Shown: piece after piece, positions 28,240 to 41,152 of the stretch
How positions within the stretch are numbered: the first letter of the stretch is position 1
How the letters are laid out: the number at the start of each line of letters is the position of its first letter
DNA from: Octopus vulgaris
Taxonomy: Eukaryota
Assembly (NCBI GenBank): GCA_951406725.2
Contig: OX597816.1
Location: 110,174,001-110,238,000 of the forward strand
Direction: 5' to 3'
Length of the DNA: 64,000 bases
Translations under genes and position numbers: made by a program
The notes under the pieces: generated by a model
Seen by the model: only the letters and a program-made list of their open reading frames with translations
Told to the model about the DNA's origin: nothing
Database searches by the model: none

Positions 28240-28970
28240 TTGATGAGGCTGGTGCTTGGTAACAGTGATGGTAGTTATTGCAATGATGTTAACAGATATG
28301 GTAATGAGAGTTGGTAGTCATGATAATAATGGTGCAAATGATAATTATCGAGTTTGTGTTAATGATGATGATGATGATGACGACGACGATAACGATGTTG
28401 AATATGATGACGCAGAAAATGATGAGGATATTGATATCGGCTTCAGTGTCAGTAAAGGTAATACTTATAATTAAAATGTAAGTGGACTTTGATTGAGAGA
28501 ATGTTAGTGATGATCATAGTAATTTATATACCAGTGGTAGAGATCATTCACCTGAAGTTGGGGAACGCATTAGTGTTTAAAGAATTCGGGTAGAAGTTGA
28601 TTGAGGCGTTAATGATGTTCCCTAATAATAATAATCACTTTTCGTGATGATGATGTTGATGAAGATGACGATGTTGACGACTACAGCGATAAGGACAATG
28701 ATGATGATAATGACGACGATGGTGGTGGTGGTGGTGTTGGTGGCGGTGAAAATGAGGGTTGCGGCGTTGTTGATGATGATGATGGTATCAATGATAATGT
28801 TGTTTGTGGTGATGATGGTGATAATATTAATAATAATGATGAAGGTGAAGTGACGACGTGGTCGATACAATTGATGGTGTTGGTATTGATGATGTTAATT
28901 GTAATGATCATAGTTTATAGAAGAAAGTAAAATATAGAAACCACTGGTGGCGTTTATGATGTTAGTAGTG
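28240..28970. repeat. Degenerate (GAT/GGT/GAC)n low-complexity tract
   Basis: Read directly; explains the poly-Asp/Met/Ile ORFs. Confidence 0.85.
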
Positions 28971-29509
28971 ATTGCAGCTTCATGATACAGCAATTCTAGT
29001 GTTCTTTTAAATAATGTCCCTCAGATATAATTTCAATCAAGTCAGTTACTGCAAAATAGACAAACGTTAGAATTCGACAAAACAAGTGATATTCAGTGTC
29101 GGAAAATTATAGGCATAACTCGTTCAAATTGTGTACTCAATTATTTAACCGTTAGAAAGTATAATCTGCTATAGAACTGTCAAGTGACGTCAAAAATTGG
29201 TGTTTAACCTTTCGTCTGCACAAATGCGTTTAAAATAGTTCATTCCATCGTGTAAACATTTTGTAACGCAGTTTGTATCAGTGCCAATAGCCTCGAATTT
29301 TATTACTGCTAACCTACTTTTAGACATAGCATGAATTATAAAAACCACCTTATATCTAAATGCATATGTAGAAGTAGTTGTAATTTCTAATGGAAAGAGT
29401 TGTAACAGGTAGTATGATTTCGGATTATAGTCTAAATTGGTTGATTCACTCTTATAACATTTTAAATCGGTCTATCTACTCAATGGATATCAACATAATA
29501 ATGTTATTA

Positions 29510-30304
29510 CTATTTATTTTTTATTCTTTTATTTGTTTCAGTGTTGCTGGACTGCTGGACTGGGTATCCAGGACGGCCTACGCTACCACCGTGAAAGGTA
29601 TTCAGTGGACACTGATGAACAAGTTGGAGGACTTGGACTACGCAGATGATCTCGCGCTACTGTCACATCGCCAGCAAGACATGCAAGATAAGGTAGTCTA
29701 CCTGAGGGAAACGTCACGGCAAGAAGCAAAAAGGCTTGGCAAGCCTTCGCTATTCTTCGGCTCGTATGGAAGTCCACTGTCATCTTAACTCGAACTAAAC
29801 TCCGCTTATTTAGTTCAAGCTTATAATCTATGCTTTTGTATGGCTCCGAAACATGGAGAGCCACCTGCAGTAACTACAAGAAGATTCAGACCTTCATCAA
29901 CAAATGCTTCCGGCATCTGAAGTGATTCGACCGAGTGCCAAACACCGACCTGTGGGAAAGGGCCAACCAGGAGCCCATACATGTTCAGATTAGACGAAGT
30001 AAATGGAGATAGATCGGACACATACTGCGGGAAAACCCCTCAAATGTGACCCGACAATCACTTGACTGGAACCCGCAGGGGAAAAGGAAGCGAGGACTCT
30101 CGAAGCAGACATGGAAGCGGAGCATTTTGGACGAGCTCAGGACGGCTTCTTTCGGCCTTACATGGGAAGGAGCCAAGAAATTCGCCAATGACCACAAAAA
30201 CTGGAAAACAACTGTTGAGGCCCTATGTTCCACAAGGGGCAAAAAGATTAAGAAGAAGAAGACTGTTTCAGTCATTTGACTGTGGCAAAACCGGAGCACC
30301 GTCT
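29510..30304 (-). mobile_element. SINE 3'-tail fragment interrupted by the RTE insertion
   Basis: Removing the RTE and one TSD copy gives, on the minus strand, acggtgctccggttttgccacagtcaaatgactgaaacaaataaaagaataaaa. This has the stem-loop CAGTC-AAAT-GACTG and resembles the 3' end of the LINE at 39.6 kb. Confidence 0.7.
29543..30263 (+). mobile_element. 5'-truncated, internally deleted and frameshifted RTE-clade LINE
   Basis: GIQWTLMNKLEDLDYADDLALLSH, LLYGSETW and TRQSLDWNPQGKRKRG motifs, an (AAG)n tail, and a 9-bp TSD TGTTTCAGT at 29534-29542 and 30264-30272. Confidence 0.92.
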
Positions 30305-31406
30305 GAGGAAAATGATTCACAAACTTCAAAAAGTAGAAGTATTCCTTGAGTGTTAAACAAAACAAAGACCTTGGATTAAATTACATTACATTACGTAACG
30401 ATTTCCTCAGATCATGCCTTGCTCAATTTCGCTTTAATTTTCCGTGCTTATAAAATAAACAGATATACATGTAACTGATCCACCCAAATACCGATCTGCA
30501 ACCAAATCGGCAAATATGATATTATTACGTATGATATTATTAATAAGCGATTAATGATATTATTAATAAGCGAATAATTAAGCCTGTAAATTAGAGGAAA
30601 AGGTAGGCTTCATTCAACGATCCAATCTTCATTGACTCCACATAATTAAACATCAAATGTCAATTCCTTTAGGCCTTCACGGAACCAAACATTTGTACGA
30701 GAACAATATATTGAATATGCATTTGTAGTTGACAAATTAACGTTGGCGAGATGCATGTCTAACACCTGCCGTCCATTTTCCAATCCAATTATGTGATATG
30801 AAGATCACTTAGTATTATTAAGAAAAACACAATCTTCTCCACCCCCGATCCCACGCTATAACATTAGCTTCTGCCTTAGGCACAAAAACAAAATTTCTTT
30901 GAGATTACTATTGACAAGTTTCATTAGAATTGTCTTTTTTTATCGAAAATACAATGTCAGGGTCAAGCTTAGATTTGAACATAAAATTACAGCATTGTAA
31001 ATATTTAGGTAGTCTATGGTTTCCAGGATATATTTCGCAACATGAAGATGAAGCCTCTAATCAGCTTATCATCGGTTTCTTAGACTGTTCTGTTAGTAGT
31101 ATAATACTGATAAAATAGAATTTATTCAGTAATATTCTCTTAGAAGTTTTTCCCCACTTAAATATCCAACTGCCGTCGTATGAACTTACTGTTATTGTGA
31201 TCATATAATATCATTCATATATATATATACAAATACATATACAAATACATATACATAAATACCTATATACATTCATACTTACTAATGTACAACAATAACG
31301 TCGAAAAACCGAATAATCAAATGCCATTCATATTCTCAGTATGGTTTTACTGATACAATACAATGAGCAAATTACTTTATACCAAATCCTCTTTCATTTG
31401 TACAAT

Positions 31407-32474
31407 GAAACGTTCGCGTAAAGCAGTGTTTAGGTATGGGCAGAATTTAGGATAGTTGAAATATATTTGTGACATATTTCAACAACTAAAAGGCAAATAC
31501 ACTGCAGTTATCTTGGAGAATAAATCTTCCCTATGGTAAAAATGTGTGAAAACACCGTTTCGTTCAGTGTCGCTATCTGTTAGGAATCTCAGACATCGAT
31601 GTTTCAAGGTATTTTGGCTCTCGTCAATGAGATGTAACAAAGGGATGTACCAAAGTGAGGCAACTCTGAAAGAATTTATAAAGCTGTGGATTTATGCAAT
31701 AATCCAGTCCATACATTCACTGATTTGCGCTAGTAGATGGCCCGATCGAGATAAACAACGAAACGTTCGCGTAAAGCAGTGTTTAGGTATGGGCAGAATT
31801 TAGGATAGTTGAAATATATTTGTGACATATTTCAACAACTAAAAGGCAAATACACTGCAGTTATCTTGGAGAATAAATCTTCCCTATGGTAAAAATGTGT
31901 GTGAAAACACCGGTTCGTTCAATGTCGCCAATTATTAGGAATCTCAGACATCGAGGTTTCGAGATAATTAGGTTCTCATCAATGAGATGTACCTAAGAGA
32001 TTCTTAACAGATTGCGACACTGAAAGAACCGGTGTTTTCACACCTTTCTTCAAAAGAGGGATTTATTCTCTACGGTAATGGCAGTGTATTTTCATTATAG
32101 TAGTTGAAATGTCACAAATATATTTCACCTAGCCACAATTCTGCTTATAGACTTTACTTCGTGCTAACAATTCGTTGCTTACCTCGATCGGGCGATCTAC
32201 TAGCGCAAATCAGTGATGGCATTGACTGGATTATTCATAAAGCTTTATACATAAAGTTTTAAAAGTTCGCTCAGAGTTGCCTCTCTTAAGTACATCTCAT
32301 TGACGAGATCCAAAATAGTTCAAAACATCGATGTCTAAGATTCCTTAACAGATTGCGACACTGAAAGAACCGGTGTTTTCACACCTTTCTTCAAAAGAGG
32401 GATTTATTCTCTACGGTAACTGCAGTATATTTGTCTTTAAGAAGTTGAAATATGTCACAAATATATTTCAACTA
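31407..32474. repeat. About 1.07-kb foldback built from ~350-bp tandem modules
   Basis: Direct copies start at 31407 and 31760 (gaaacgttcgcgtaaagcagtg). Orientation flips near 32000, and inverted-strand copies repeat at about 32001 and 32342 (ttaacagattgcgacactgaaagaaccgg). Confidence 0.9.
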
Positions 32475-33344
32475 GTTTAAATTCTCCTCTTTTATTTGTT
32501 TCATTGAGCTTAGTCGAATTCTTATGCTGATTTCGTAATTCGAAATTATATGTAATTAACTCACATGTATAGACACAGAGTAATTATAATTCATTACCAG
32601 TAACAGCTGCCATCTCTAAAACACCATGGGTTCTACTAAACATTTCTTAATTAAATAAATATATTTCCAATTTATCAAATATGACTTCTTTAAAACCCAG
32701 CTGTCTCCAGCTGTGAGAAAACATGTGTAAAGGACTGTGGCGTATCTATTAGTGCAACGGTCAGATATGAGATAAAATTTGCTTTTCACCCACAAAGGGA
32801 ATAAGTACCTACCCGAATTCTATTCTAGCTATTACTGAGATTCTTTCTCAAGCACTATTCCCTTGAAAAGGCTACTGCATATTTCTTTCATTTCGCTTTA
32901 CATTTATATTAATCTCCTGCAAGTTATCTTGTTAACGATATCACTATTCCACCAGTCAGTATTATGTACAAAAGAGCGGAAATTATAAGAATATCACTGA
33001 AATCCTCAACCCATCGTAATAACCCTTCCATCAAATTACATTCAAGCGCCAACCTTTATATCTTACTAAATGAGTCAAATATTTTCAGTCTCCTGCACTA
33101 TATCTCGATCTATGGAAACACTCCACAAGTTTTTTTTTTATTAATTTGTAGACGGTTATCTTTTCATTTTCATATACAACATTACTTAGATACTTGGAGG
33201 TTTCTAACGAAAGTAATGAAAGAGGTTGGCATAGCTGTCTTATTTACTGGCGGACGAGTAACAATTCCTTTTAATTAACACTTATATTATCGTTTATTGA
33301 TGTTAAAAAACGGAGGCAACGTACTGTAATTGAGTTCTTGATGA

Positions 33345-34270
33345 AGGGTTCTCTTAGCTGACGGCCATCTACACATGGTCACAAATTGTTTACGGTGATG
33401 CACACATTGTCAAGAGCAGTGTGCTCCGATGGACAGTGAAGATGAAAGGAATGGATCGGAGAATTGAAAACAATGAAAATCGGCATTTGATAACAATTAC
33501 CTTTGACTATAGAAAGAAATTAACATAAATTCAATGAACTGTTATGCGTGAACGTATGGTCACAGTCCATGAACTTATTGCACATCTGGGAGGAAGAGAG
33601 AATGCATTACAGATGGCAGAACAAATTTGATATAGCAAAGTGTTTGTGAAGTTGCTACCTCTGAGAAAAAGATGAACATATTCTCTAATGTGCTGAAAGT
33701 TTTCCAAGCAACTGAAGATATTTTGTCATCTCATGACAGATGATAAAAAATCGTCTTATATACATGATACACGAACGAAGGCGCAATCCACGACGCCCTA
33801 CCTCATTTCGTTTCCAAGGTCTAAAAAGGATACAATGTCATTTATTGACGAAGGAGTTAATAGTAAATAATTTGATTGAGAACAAGGGTGTATTCCTCTT
33901 TTCTTTTGTGGATAATATGGGTAAGGTGTGCACTTGGTTGCACATTGTGACCTTTTAATTTTTACAGAAGACATTAGAGTAAAGAAACCGAAAGAGACCT
34001 CGAAAACGATCCACATCCACCATAACAATGCGAGCCTATTCATATCTTTGGTAAAAGAACAAGCATTCTGCAAACTGGACTTATACTTTCACATTTAACG
34101 TACTGCTTGGATGTGACTCCTTTCTAATTCAATGGATGGGCAATCTTAGGAGACAAATATTTTATGACGCACTCATTTTAAAATTGGAGTTTTGAAAGAA
34201 GGTCCGAGAGTTGAGTACAGGTATGACTCAGAAATACAATTTAGTCGTATCTTCAAATACAGGAAGAGAC
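33345..34270 (+). mobile_element. Highly decayed mariner remnant
   Basis: Scattered motif remnants: LMTDD (about 33730), HIHHNNASL (about 34012, cf. LHHDNA.PH) and LDVTP (about 34107). Confidence 0.45.
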
Positions 34271-34668
34271 TCACTTAATATGCTCAGTTTAAACTATTTG
34301 TGCCAGTGATGGAAAATCTTAAGCATTACATTATGTTTAATCCTCGTATATGCAGCTGATCTCTCATCTCATTGAATTTTAGTTTTCTTCTCTATTCTTA
34401 GCGTGGGGATTGTTTTGCTGTTCTGGGAATAAAACATACTGTATCTTATAATTTACATACTAGTAACTTCTCACAGTTCATTAATATAATGAAGATAATA
34501 TTAAGTTATTTCATTCTGTACAGAGCTATCTCTATAAAGGAAGGCTTCCAATTGATAATGTAATCAGAGCTAAATTATCTCGGGATATTATATGAAATAG
34601 TCATACATATGTAAGGAAGATGAGAAAAGTCAGTCACGAATAAGAAAACCTTAAACTTTGAGATCATA

Positions 34669-35547
34669 GTTCTTCACTCGTTTATTACTGTTGTTATTTA
34701 AATAAAAAAATAATTAACCCATGTCCATTGTCCGGAGATTTTTCGTCACACATCTGTAACCTCTTCAGCGAAACTTTTCGTTTTCGCGTGTGCTTTTGTT
34801 TCACTTACTCCATTCTGTTATTCTAAGGTGTGTAACCTTATGTGTGCATGAGTTTCCGTCCGTGTATTTGTGTGTGTGTGTGTGTGTGTGTGTTTGTGCA
34901 TGTGTGTGTATGTGTCTGTGTGTGTATGCTTGTGTGCGTGTCACTATCCTTAGCAGCAGTATGGCCTTCCTCTCAGCCCCATCCCCTCATCCATTTTGCT
35001 GCTGCTGTCCTAAGACCCGAAAATGTGGTACAGTTCATGTATCTTTCAGTGTTTGTGTGTTCGCCCACAGTGTTGTCATCAAGGTAGTTGTTGTTGTTAT
35101 TGCCATCGCTGTTATCGCTGCTGCTGCTGTAGTTGTTATTCGTGTTGTTGTGACAACGATGGTACTAATAACTCCAACGATGGCAACACCATGGACGAAC
35201 ATATAAACACAGAAAGATGCAGAAACTCTACCTTGTCTTAGGACAGCATCAGCATAATAGGGTGAGAAACTAGGGCTGAGGGGGAGATCACAATGCTGCT
35301 AAGAACAGTATCACACACACAGGCATACACAGACATACACACACATGCACACACAGAAACACGGATGCAAATGCATGTGCACATAAGGATAAATATCTCA
35401 GACGAACAGAATGGAGTAATTGGAGCAAGAGCACACACGAAAACGAAAAGCGTCCCTGATGGGGTCACAGATGTGTGACGAAAGATTTCCGGATAATGGA
35501 CATGTGTTAAAATAAGAAAATAGAACAGTAATAAACGAGCGAAGAAC
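34669..35547. repeat. About 880-bp diverged foldback (palindromic) element with hammerhead-like motifs in both arms
   Basis: Arms are reverse-complementary along their length (e.g. catgtccattgtccggaga / tttccggataatggacatg; gctgtcctaagac / gtcttaggacagc), with the centre near 35100-35160. CTGANGR-stem II-GAAA at 34723-34772 (-) and 35452-35501 (+). Confidence 0.85.
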
Positions 35548-38500
35548 GAATATATATATCGTGTGTTTATTTGGTAAAAGAAAAGTGACCATCACGAAAT
35601 ACAACAATATCTGTTTCAACACACGATTTCCCATTAGGAATCTTTCAATACAAATTGATAAATATAATATGAATGTCTTATATAGACCAAATACAATTAT
35701 CTTAATTTTGTCAATTTAGTCTTTACATTCATCGATATAATTTCAAAATTTTGAGAGGTGCAATTATATCTTTTTTTTATATAGCAATGAAGAATTTTTG
35801 CCTTAAAGTTTCTCTTTAATCTTAACATCTTTTTGTTTAAAATGAACTGCTTTTCTCACGAGCCAATAAATAATTATTTACATTGTCTTTCAGAATTTAG
35901 CTAACGTTAATTGATTTTTAGGTCCTTGGTTTCAGGTTACAAAAAATGGCATATATAATGTATTATAAAATGTTTTTATATACCCCCAACACACACATTA
36001 GTATATAACCGAATAATTTTTGTTACAAGGGAAATATAATTCGCTCTGTGCTGTATGCTTAACATATTTTGATATGCGAAATTGTTTAAAAGTTTTCATA
36101 AATATATTGTGATATTTCGGGACGCTCATCTTCTTTTTGCCAAATAAACACACGCACCTGATATTTGTTCTTCACTACAGATTATTATCGTTATTATACT
36201 ATGTCCTTTGTCTGGAAATGTTTTGTCACACATCTTGTGACCCCTTCTGCTACTCTTCATCCAGAGTACCTCCTCTTGGCAAAAGATAAACACCATCCCG
36301 TGATATAGCGATATCTGTTTCATAAAAGGGTTTCAATATAGAAGTCGTACAACGCAAATGCATAAAACGTAACTTCATTAAAATATTTCATCAGATAATA
36401 TTAAATATTTGTAGATTTTACATGTTGATATTTGGTTTTATTATAACTGACAAAATATTTTAAGACATATATTTTGTAGAATTTATCTGAAGGTTAATTA
36501 TTGTGATCACTATTTTTTTACTCTGTAAAATGAGCCCGTCATAAAAAGAGAAAATAGATTTTTTTTTTCTGCAGGTCACAAGGAATTACTGGGAAATTGA
36601 TTTATTCTACTAAAATCTCCACCACATAGCTGCAGTTTAATGAATGGGACGAGTAAAAGAAAAGATAATTCACGTAAAAATGGACTGATGTAGAGCTAAA
36701 CCACAAAATCAATGAAAGTATGACAATATCACACAGAAAATGGCTGTTCTCTTCTTTCAAGCTCGTTAATCATTATTAGTGATCAGTTTTATTCTTACAT
36801 ACTGATCAAAATATAATGCACGGTTTGGTAAGCAGCTGGTTTCCCAACCCGGTTGAACCGTAGACAAATGTCTTCCACGACTCATACATACATACATACG
36901 TATCTTTCTATTAAAATGTTGTCAATAGAGGAATCAGAGACATGGTTTCACTTCAACCCAAAATGTTCTCAGTTACGAATATTAATTCGTGACCATGTAG
37001 TCTGACTTGAAGGAGTCTAATGTCGCGTAACTTACCTTATAAATGGTTTTGATCTTCAAATATTGCAGTCTCGGAATGATTTGCTTTAATGTCACTATAG
37101 TTTATTGATATTTTGTTATTGAATTAATTAAATTCTTGTAAAGACGTTGATGTCTCTTAGATACCGCATAAGCACAAAACAGATTTTGCATTTTATGCTG
37201 TTGTGCACACAAATTCAACAACATACTCAACCATACATAACATAGTGACGCATACGTGCAAACACACTCAGGCACATATATTCTGAAGGGGTTCAAAACA
37301 AATAAGTTTGTAAAGGAAATAACTGCTGCTTGAATATATATATGAGCAATCATTGAAAAAAATATCTATTATAAGATCCACTTAAGACGTCCTTTCGTTC
37401 CAGAGTGTTAAATACTAGAGAGGATAATTAAATAATCGAAGTACGTTTGGAGGCTGCAGATGCTGTGAAAAAAATAATGACGCTAACAATGGCCATGTAG
37501 ATAGGATGCCAGCCGCAAAATTATGTACGAAAGTAAAATTTGAAGTATTAGATAAAATACTAAAACCCAAAAGAAATTTTTAAAATACAAAAATGTTAAT
37601 TAATTCTCATGAAGTTTGAAGTAGAGAAGAAGGAGATGAACAAATAAATGAAATAATGTAAAAAATGATGAACGGAAAATTTTCAAATGAATTTAAAGAT
37701 GAAGTAGTTCCTTTATTTATTTTAAAAATATTGTGTGGTGTAAATGAATAAAAGACATTTGAATGGCAAGCTAAAAGAGAAAATGAAAAAATTCAGAAAA
37801 TATTCTGCTGTACTTTTCTACTTCAAGATTAAATTGATTCTGATGGAACAAAGTGAAGGGTGGAATTAAATCATTGAAAAGTATTGGCGACAAGTGAGTA
37901 GGATAAAAATGAATATTCTTCAGTATAAGAGCATATGCCATGGAGTGTGACTCTATATGAATGGAGTGCATGCGTATGTGTGCAATAAGTACGACGGAAT
38001 GTGCACAGATTGTTAGACAAATAAACACTGAGGGACTCACTCAGTCATACACACATATACATATATACACTCACACTCACACTCTCATATTCCCAAATGT
38101 GCACGCCTGTGTCATATACATAATTACACATACGTTTTGCGTTAAATCTGTCTCTTATTTCTTGATAGGATCCTACGAACGGCGCCATAACATATCGTAT
38201 GTTTTGTGGATTGCAGAACCCATCCTCGTCCAGGTCACCTCACGAGACACAGGAATCGAGAAAATGAAAGAAGAAAAGAAATTGAAGTAGAAAGATAGGA
38301 TGTGAAAAATAAATAAATAAATATATAAATTTAACTTCCTCTGAATCAGAATGCTACATTATTTACCAAAGGAAATTTATAAAAGGCGGAGAGTATAGGA
38401 CGCATATTGTCTCAAGTGCTAGGATCTCTGACAACGAGATGTTGGTGTATATTTACTAGAATCAAGCTTGTGATTTTTCCTCCTTTACGTGAATCCAGTA

Positions 38501-39102
38501 AACATTTGCATGGATAATGATATGCATGTATATTAATCTTGTCATGGATAAAATCTTTAGATACATAAACCCATCTAGGATTTAATTAAACAAATCATGA
38601 CACAGTTATAAGATGAGTATTATTGTAGCTCATATTTAATTCGCGTAGTTAACTCGACCTGACGTGAATGATGAAAGAATAAACAAGCGTATAGATACCG
38701 GAAATTGTGTACTGACGATGATAAACAACACGAAAAACTGGAAAGAAATTACAGAGAATTAATGGATAATTTATTGAGATTTGGGTTGAAAAAATTAAAG
38801 GTTACATCCTTGAAGAGAGAAAGTTTAATTAAGGACACGAACGTCACGCTCAATAAAGAAAGAAAGATGAAAGAATTACAATAATCACAGTCTTTCGGTT
38901 AATTAGGAATCAATTAATTAGATAGTGTTTAACACGTACAAGGCATAAAAAGGGGTAAGCAGCAAATATCAAAGAAGATTTAGATTAATACGGAAACAAA
39001 TCTAAATGCAAAAAATGATGTAATAGCTATCAATGCTCCAGCGAGATCAATGATAATTAATAGTTTATACTGTTCTCAGCTAGTCGTTAAATTAATTACG
39101 TA

Positions 39103-39325
39103 GGCTAGACAGAATAAATAAAAGAAACGTTTAAATACCGGGCGAAATGCTTAGCGGTATTTTGTCTGTATTTACGTTCTGAGTTCAAATTCCGCCGAGG
39201 TCGACTTTGACTGCCACCCTTTCGGTGTCGATAATTTAAGTACCAGTTGCGTATTTGTGTCGTTCTAAACGACTGGCTTCCTCCCACAAAATGTCTAGCT
39301 TTGTGCCTAGAGTAGAAAAGAATAT
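39103..39325 (+). mobile_element. tRNA-derived SINE, same head and core, alternative 3' tail
   Basis: gggcgaaatgcttagcggtattt...gagttcaaattccgccgaggtcgactttg...ttgtgcctagagtagaaaaga. Confidence 0.85.
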
Positions 39326-39588
39326 AAATATCAAACATTAAAATAATAACAACTATACAGTTTTGTCTCTAGTAAGCCAAAAGTTAATACAAGATAGAGA
39401 ACGAAGCCCTGGGCATTGTAAAAATATAATACAAAGCAGAGCAGTAATTGTTCAAACAGTAAAATTTAAACAAACATTTAAGCGTTCATATAATTTATGC
39501 TAATCCGTATAAGAGAAAGAAATTGATTCAGGAGGAGAAAACCATGAGGGATCATATATATGATATGAGAAAAACCAAGGGAAACCAT

Positions 39589-40478
39589 ATTGATTTTGAT
39601 TTTGATTTTGATTTTGATTTTTCCAGTTTCAGCTAATGAGCTGTGGCCATGCTGGGGCACCGCCATTTGGTTTGCTACACGATTTTACCTCACGGATGCT
39701 TTTTAGCAAACGCCATCTGATGCATGAGAGAGTTCGATGCAGCTGCCCTCATCTGCATCTCCTGCCGTGAAGTTGGTTCATCCGGGACACCTGACAGGAA
39801 GAGATCCAGTCCTACTTTAAAGACATCCGCATCTACACCATGCAGGTCCCTCAGGTTCTTCGGGAGGATATTGAAGAGCTGTGGGCCTCTGAAGCCCAGG
39901 CTATCACAATATCTTGTCCTACATCTTGATGGCAAATTTGGAGTCCTTAGTACTACGCAGTGGCGTCCGGTTCTGGCATTTGTGTGACTCTCGATGCCAA
40001 AGTCTGGGACAAGTCCTTCCAGAATCTTCCAGATATATATTATGGCATATCTTTCTCGCCTACGCTCCAGGGAATAGAGCTTTAATCTCTTGAGTCTTTC
40101 CCAGTAGCACATATGCTGCACAGAGGCTATCTTCTTCGTGTAGCTTCGTTGGATCGCCTCAAGTTCTGTGATCAACTTGACACTGGATGGTGACCATAGC
40201 TGAGAGCAATAGTCAAAGTGGCTTAGGACAAGTGTCTACCAGAGGACCATCATGGTTTCTTGTTCTCTTGTTCTAAAGGTTCTAAGAATCCAGCCAGCCA
40301 GCCGTCTACATTTCATTGCCAGTTTAGCAACATGTACATGAAAGGTCGCGTCATCACTCATGTGAATACCCAGGTCACGCACTGATTGTGCCTCTAGGAT
40401 TGCAATCCCTCCGTGTCCAGTGTATTCATTGGGTATTGCATTCAGTTTTGCATGCTGATAGTATAAAGCTTGAAACTT
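39589..40478 (-). mobile_element. 3' fragment of a second CR1/L2-group LINE family
   Basis: Frame reads KFQAL...VRDLGIHMSDDATF...GWILRTFRTR...(one stop)...HFDYCSQLWSP...LEAIQRSYTKKI...YWERLKRLKLYSLERRRERY. It ends in the stem-loop CAGCT-CATT-AGCTG and an (ATCAAA)n tail at 39589-39621. Confidence 0.9.
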
Positions 40479-40486
40479 TATATATA

Positions 40487-40542
<56 letters not shown>

Positions 40543-40545
<3 letters not shown>

Positions 40546-40773
40546 AAAAATAGTCAGGGTAGAAAATGCTAAAATAATTTTATGAAAAACATTTCAGTGC
40601 CGGTTTCAGATATTGAGACTTTTTCAACTGTAAGTATGGAAAACAATAACATTTTGGAAAAATTATAACAAAACATTTTTTTAAAGAATATTTGCATAGT
40701 ATTCAAATACAAGGGGCATTTCCTTGTTTCTGTCTGTCTCTGTCTCTCTTGTTTACTCTTGTGCGTTCAAGAT

Positions 40774-40776
<3 letters not shown>
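40543..40776 (-). mobile_element. Penelope-like pseudo-LTR fragment with a decayed U3-A8 hammerhead (40592-40633)
   Basis: Minus strand: ttacag-TTGAAAA-agtctcaatatct-GAAA-ccgg-CA-ctgaaa (U16.1 changed to C). The segment is bounded by (TA)n runs on both sides. Confidence 0.5.
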
Positions 40777-40827
<51 letters not shown>

Positions 40828-40862
40828 CACACACACACACACACATATGTACACACACACAT

Positions 40863-40902
<40 letters not shown>

Positions 40903-40904
40903 GT

Positions 40905-41116
40905 ATAAAAATGTCTAAGAAATTTGAAAAGCTAAACGCGAAACCGGTCTTTCTTCTAAACTATGTCATTGTAAGAAAAAAATTTATAATATTCGTCAGA
41001 CATATTGACTTAAATATATATTTTTTTAACCTTTTAAAACAAGCCTTCTGTAGTTTTTTCACTTTTTACTATTTTCTATATATTCAACCACGTGCTTTCA
41101 CAAACCAACTTTCTTA

Positions 41117-41120
<4 letters not shown>
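40905..41120 (+). mobile_element. Diverged copy of the 3.2-4.1 kb Penelope pseudo-LTR with hammerhead (40917-40955)
   Basis: aagaaa-t-TTGAAAA-gctaaacgc-GAAA-ccgg-TC-tttctt followed by sequence colinear with 3950-4090 and with the reverse complement of 3232-3270. Flanked by microsatellite. Confidence 0.75.

Positions 41121-41152
<32 letters not shown>

Noticed and set aside
31719-31782. Hammerhead-like reading gcg-CTAGTAGA...GAAA-cg-TT-cgc in the 350-bp module
   Set aside because: The core is non-canonical, there is no stem II, and GAAAcgtt is not conserved in the inverted copy (gaattgtt).
31407-32474. CRISPR array or other prokaryotic system
   Set aside because: Eukaryotic context, repeat units of about 350 bp without unique spacers, and no cas-like ORFs anywhere in the window.
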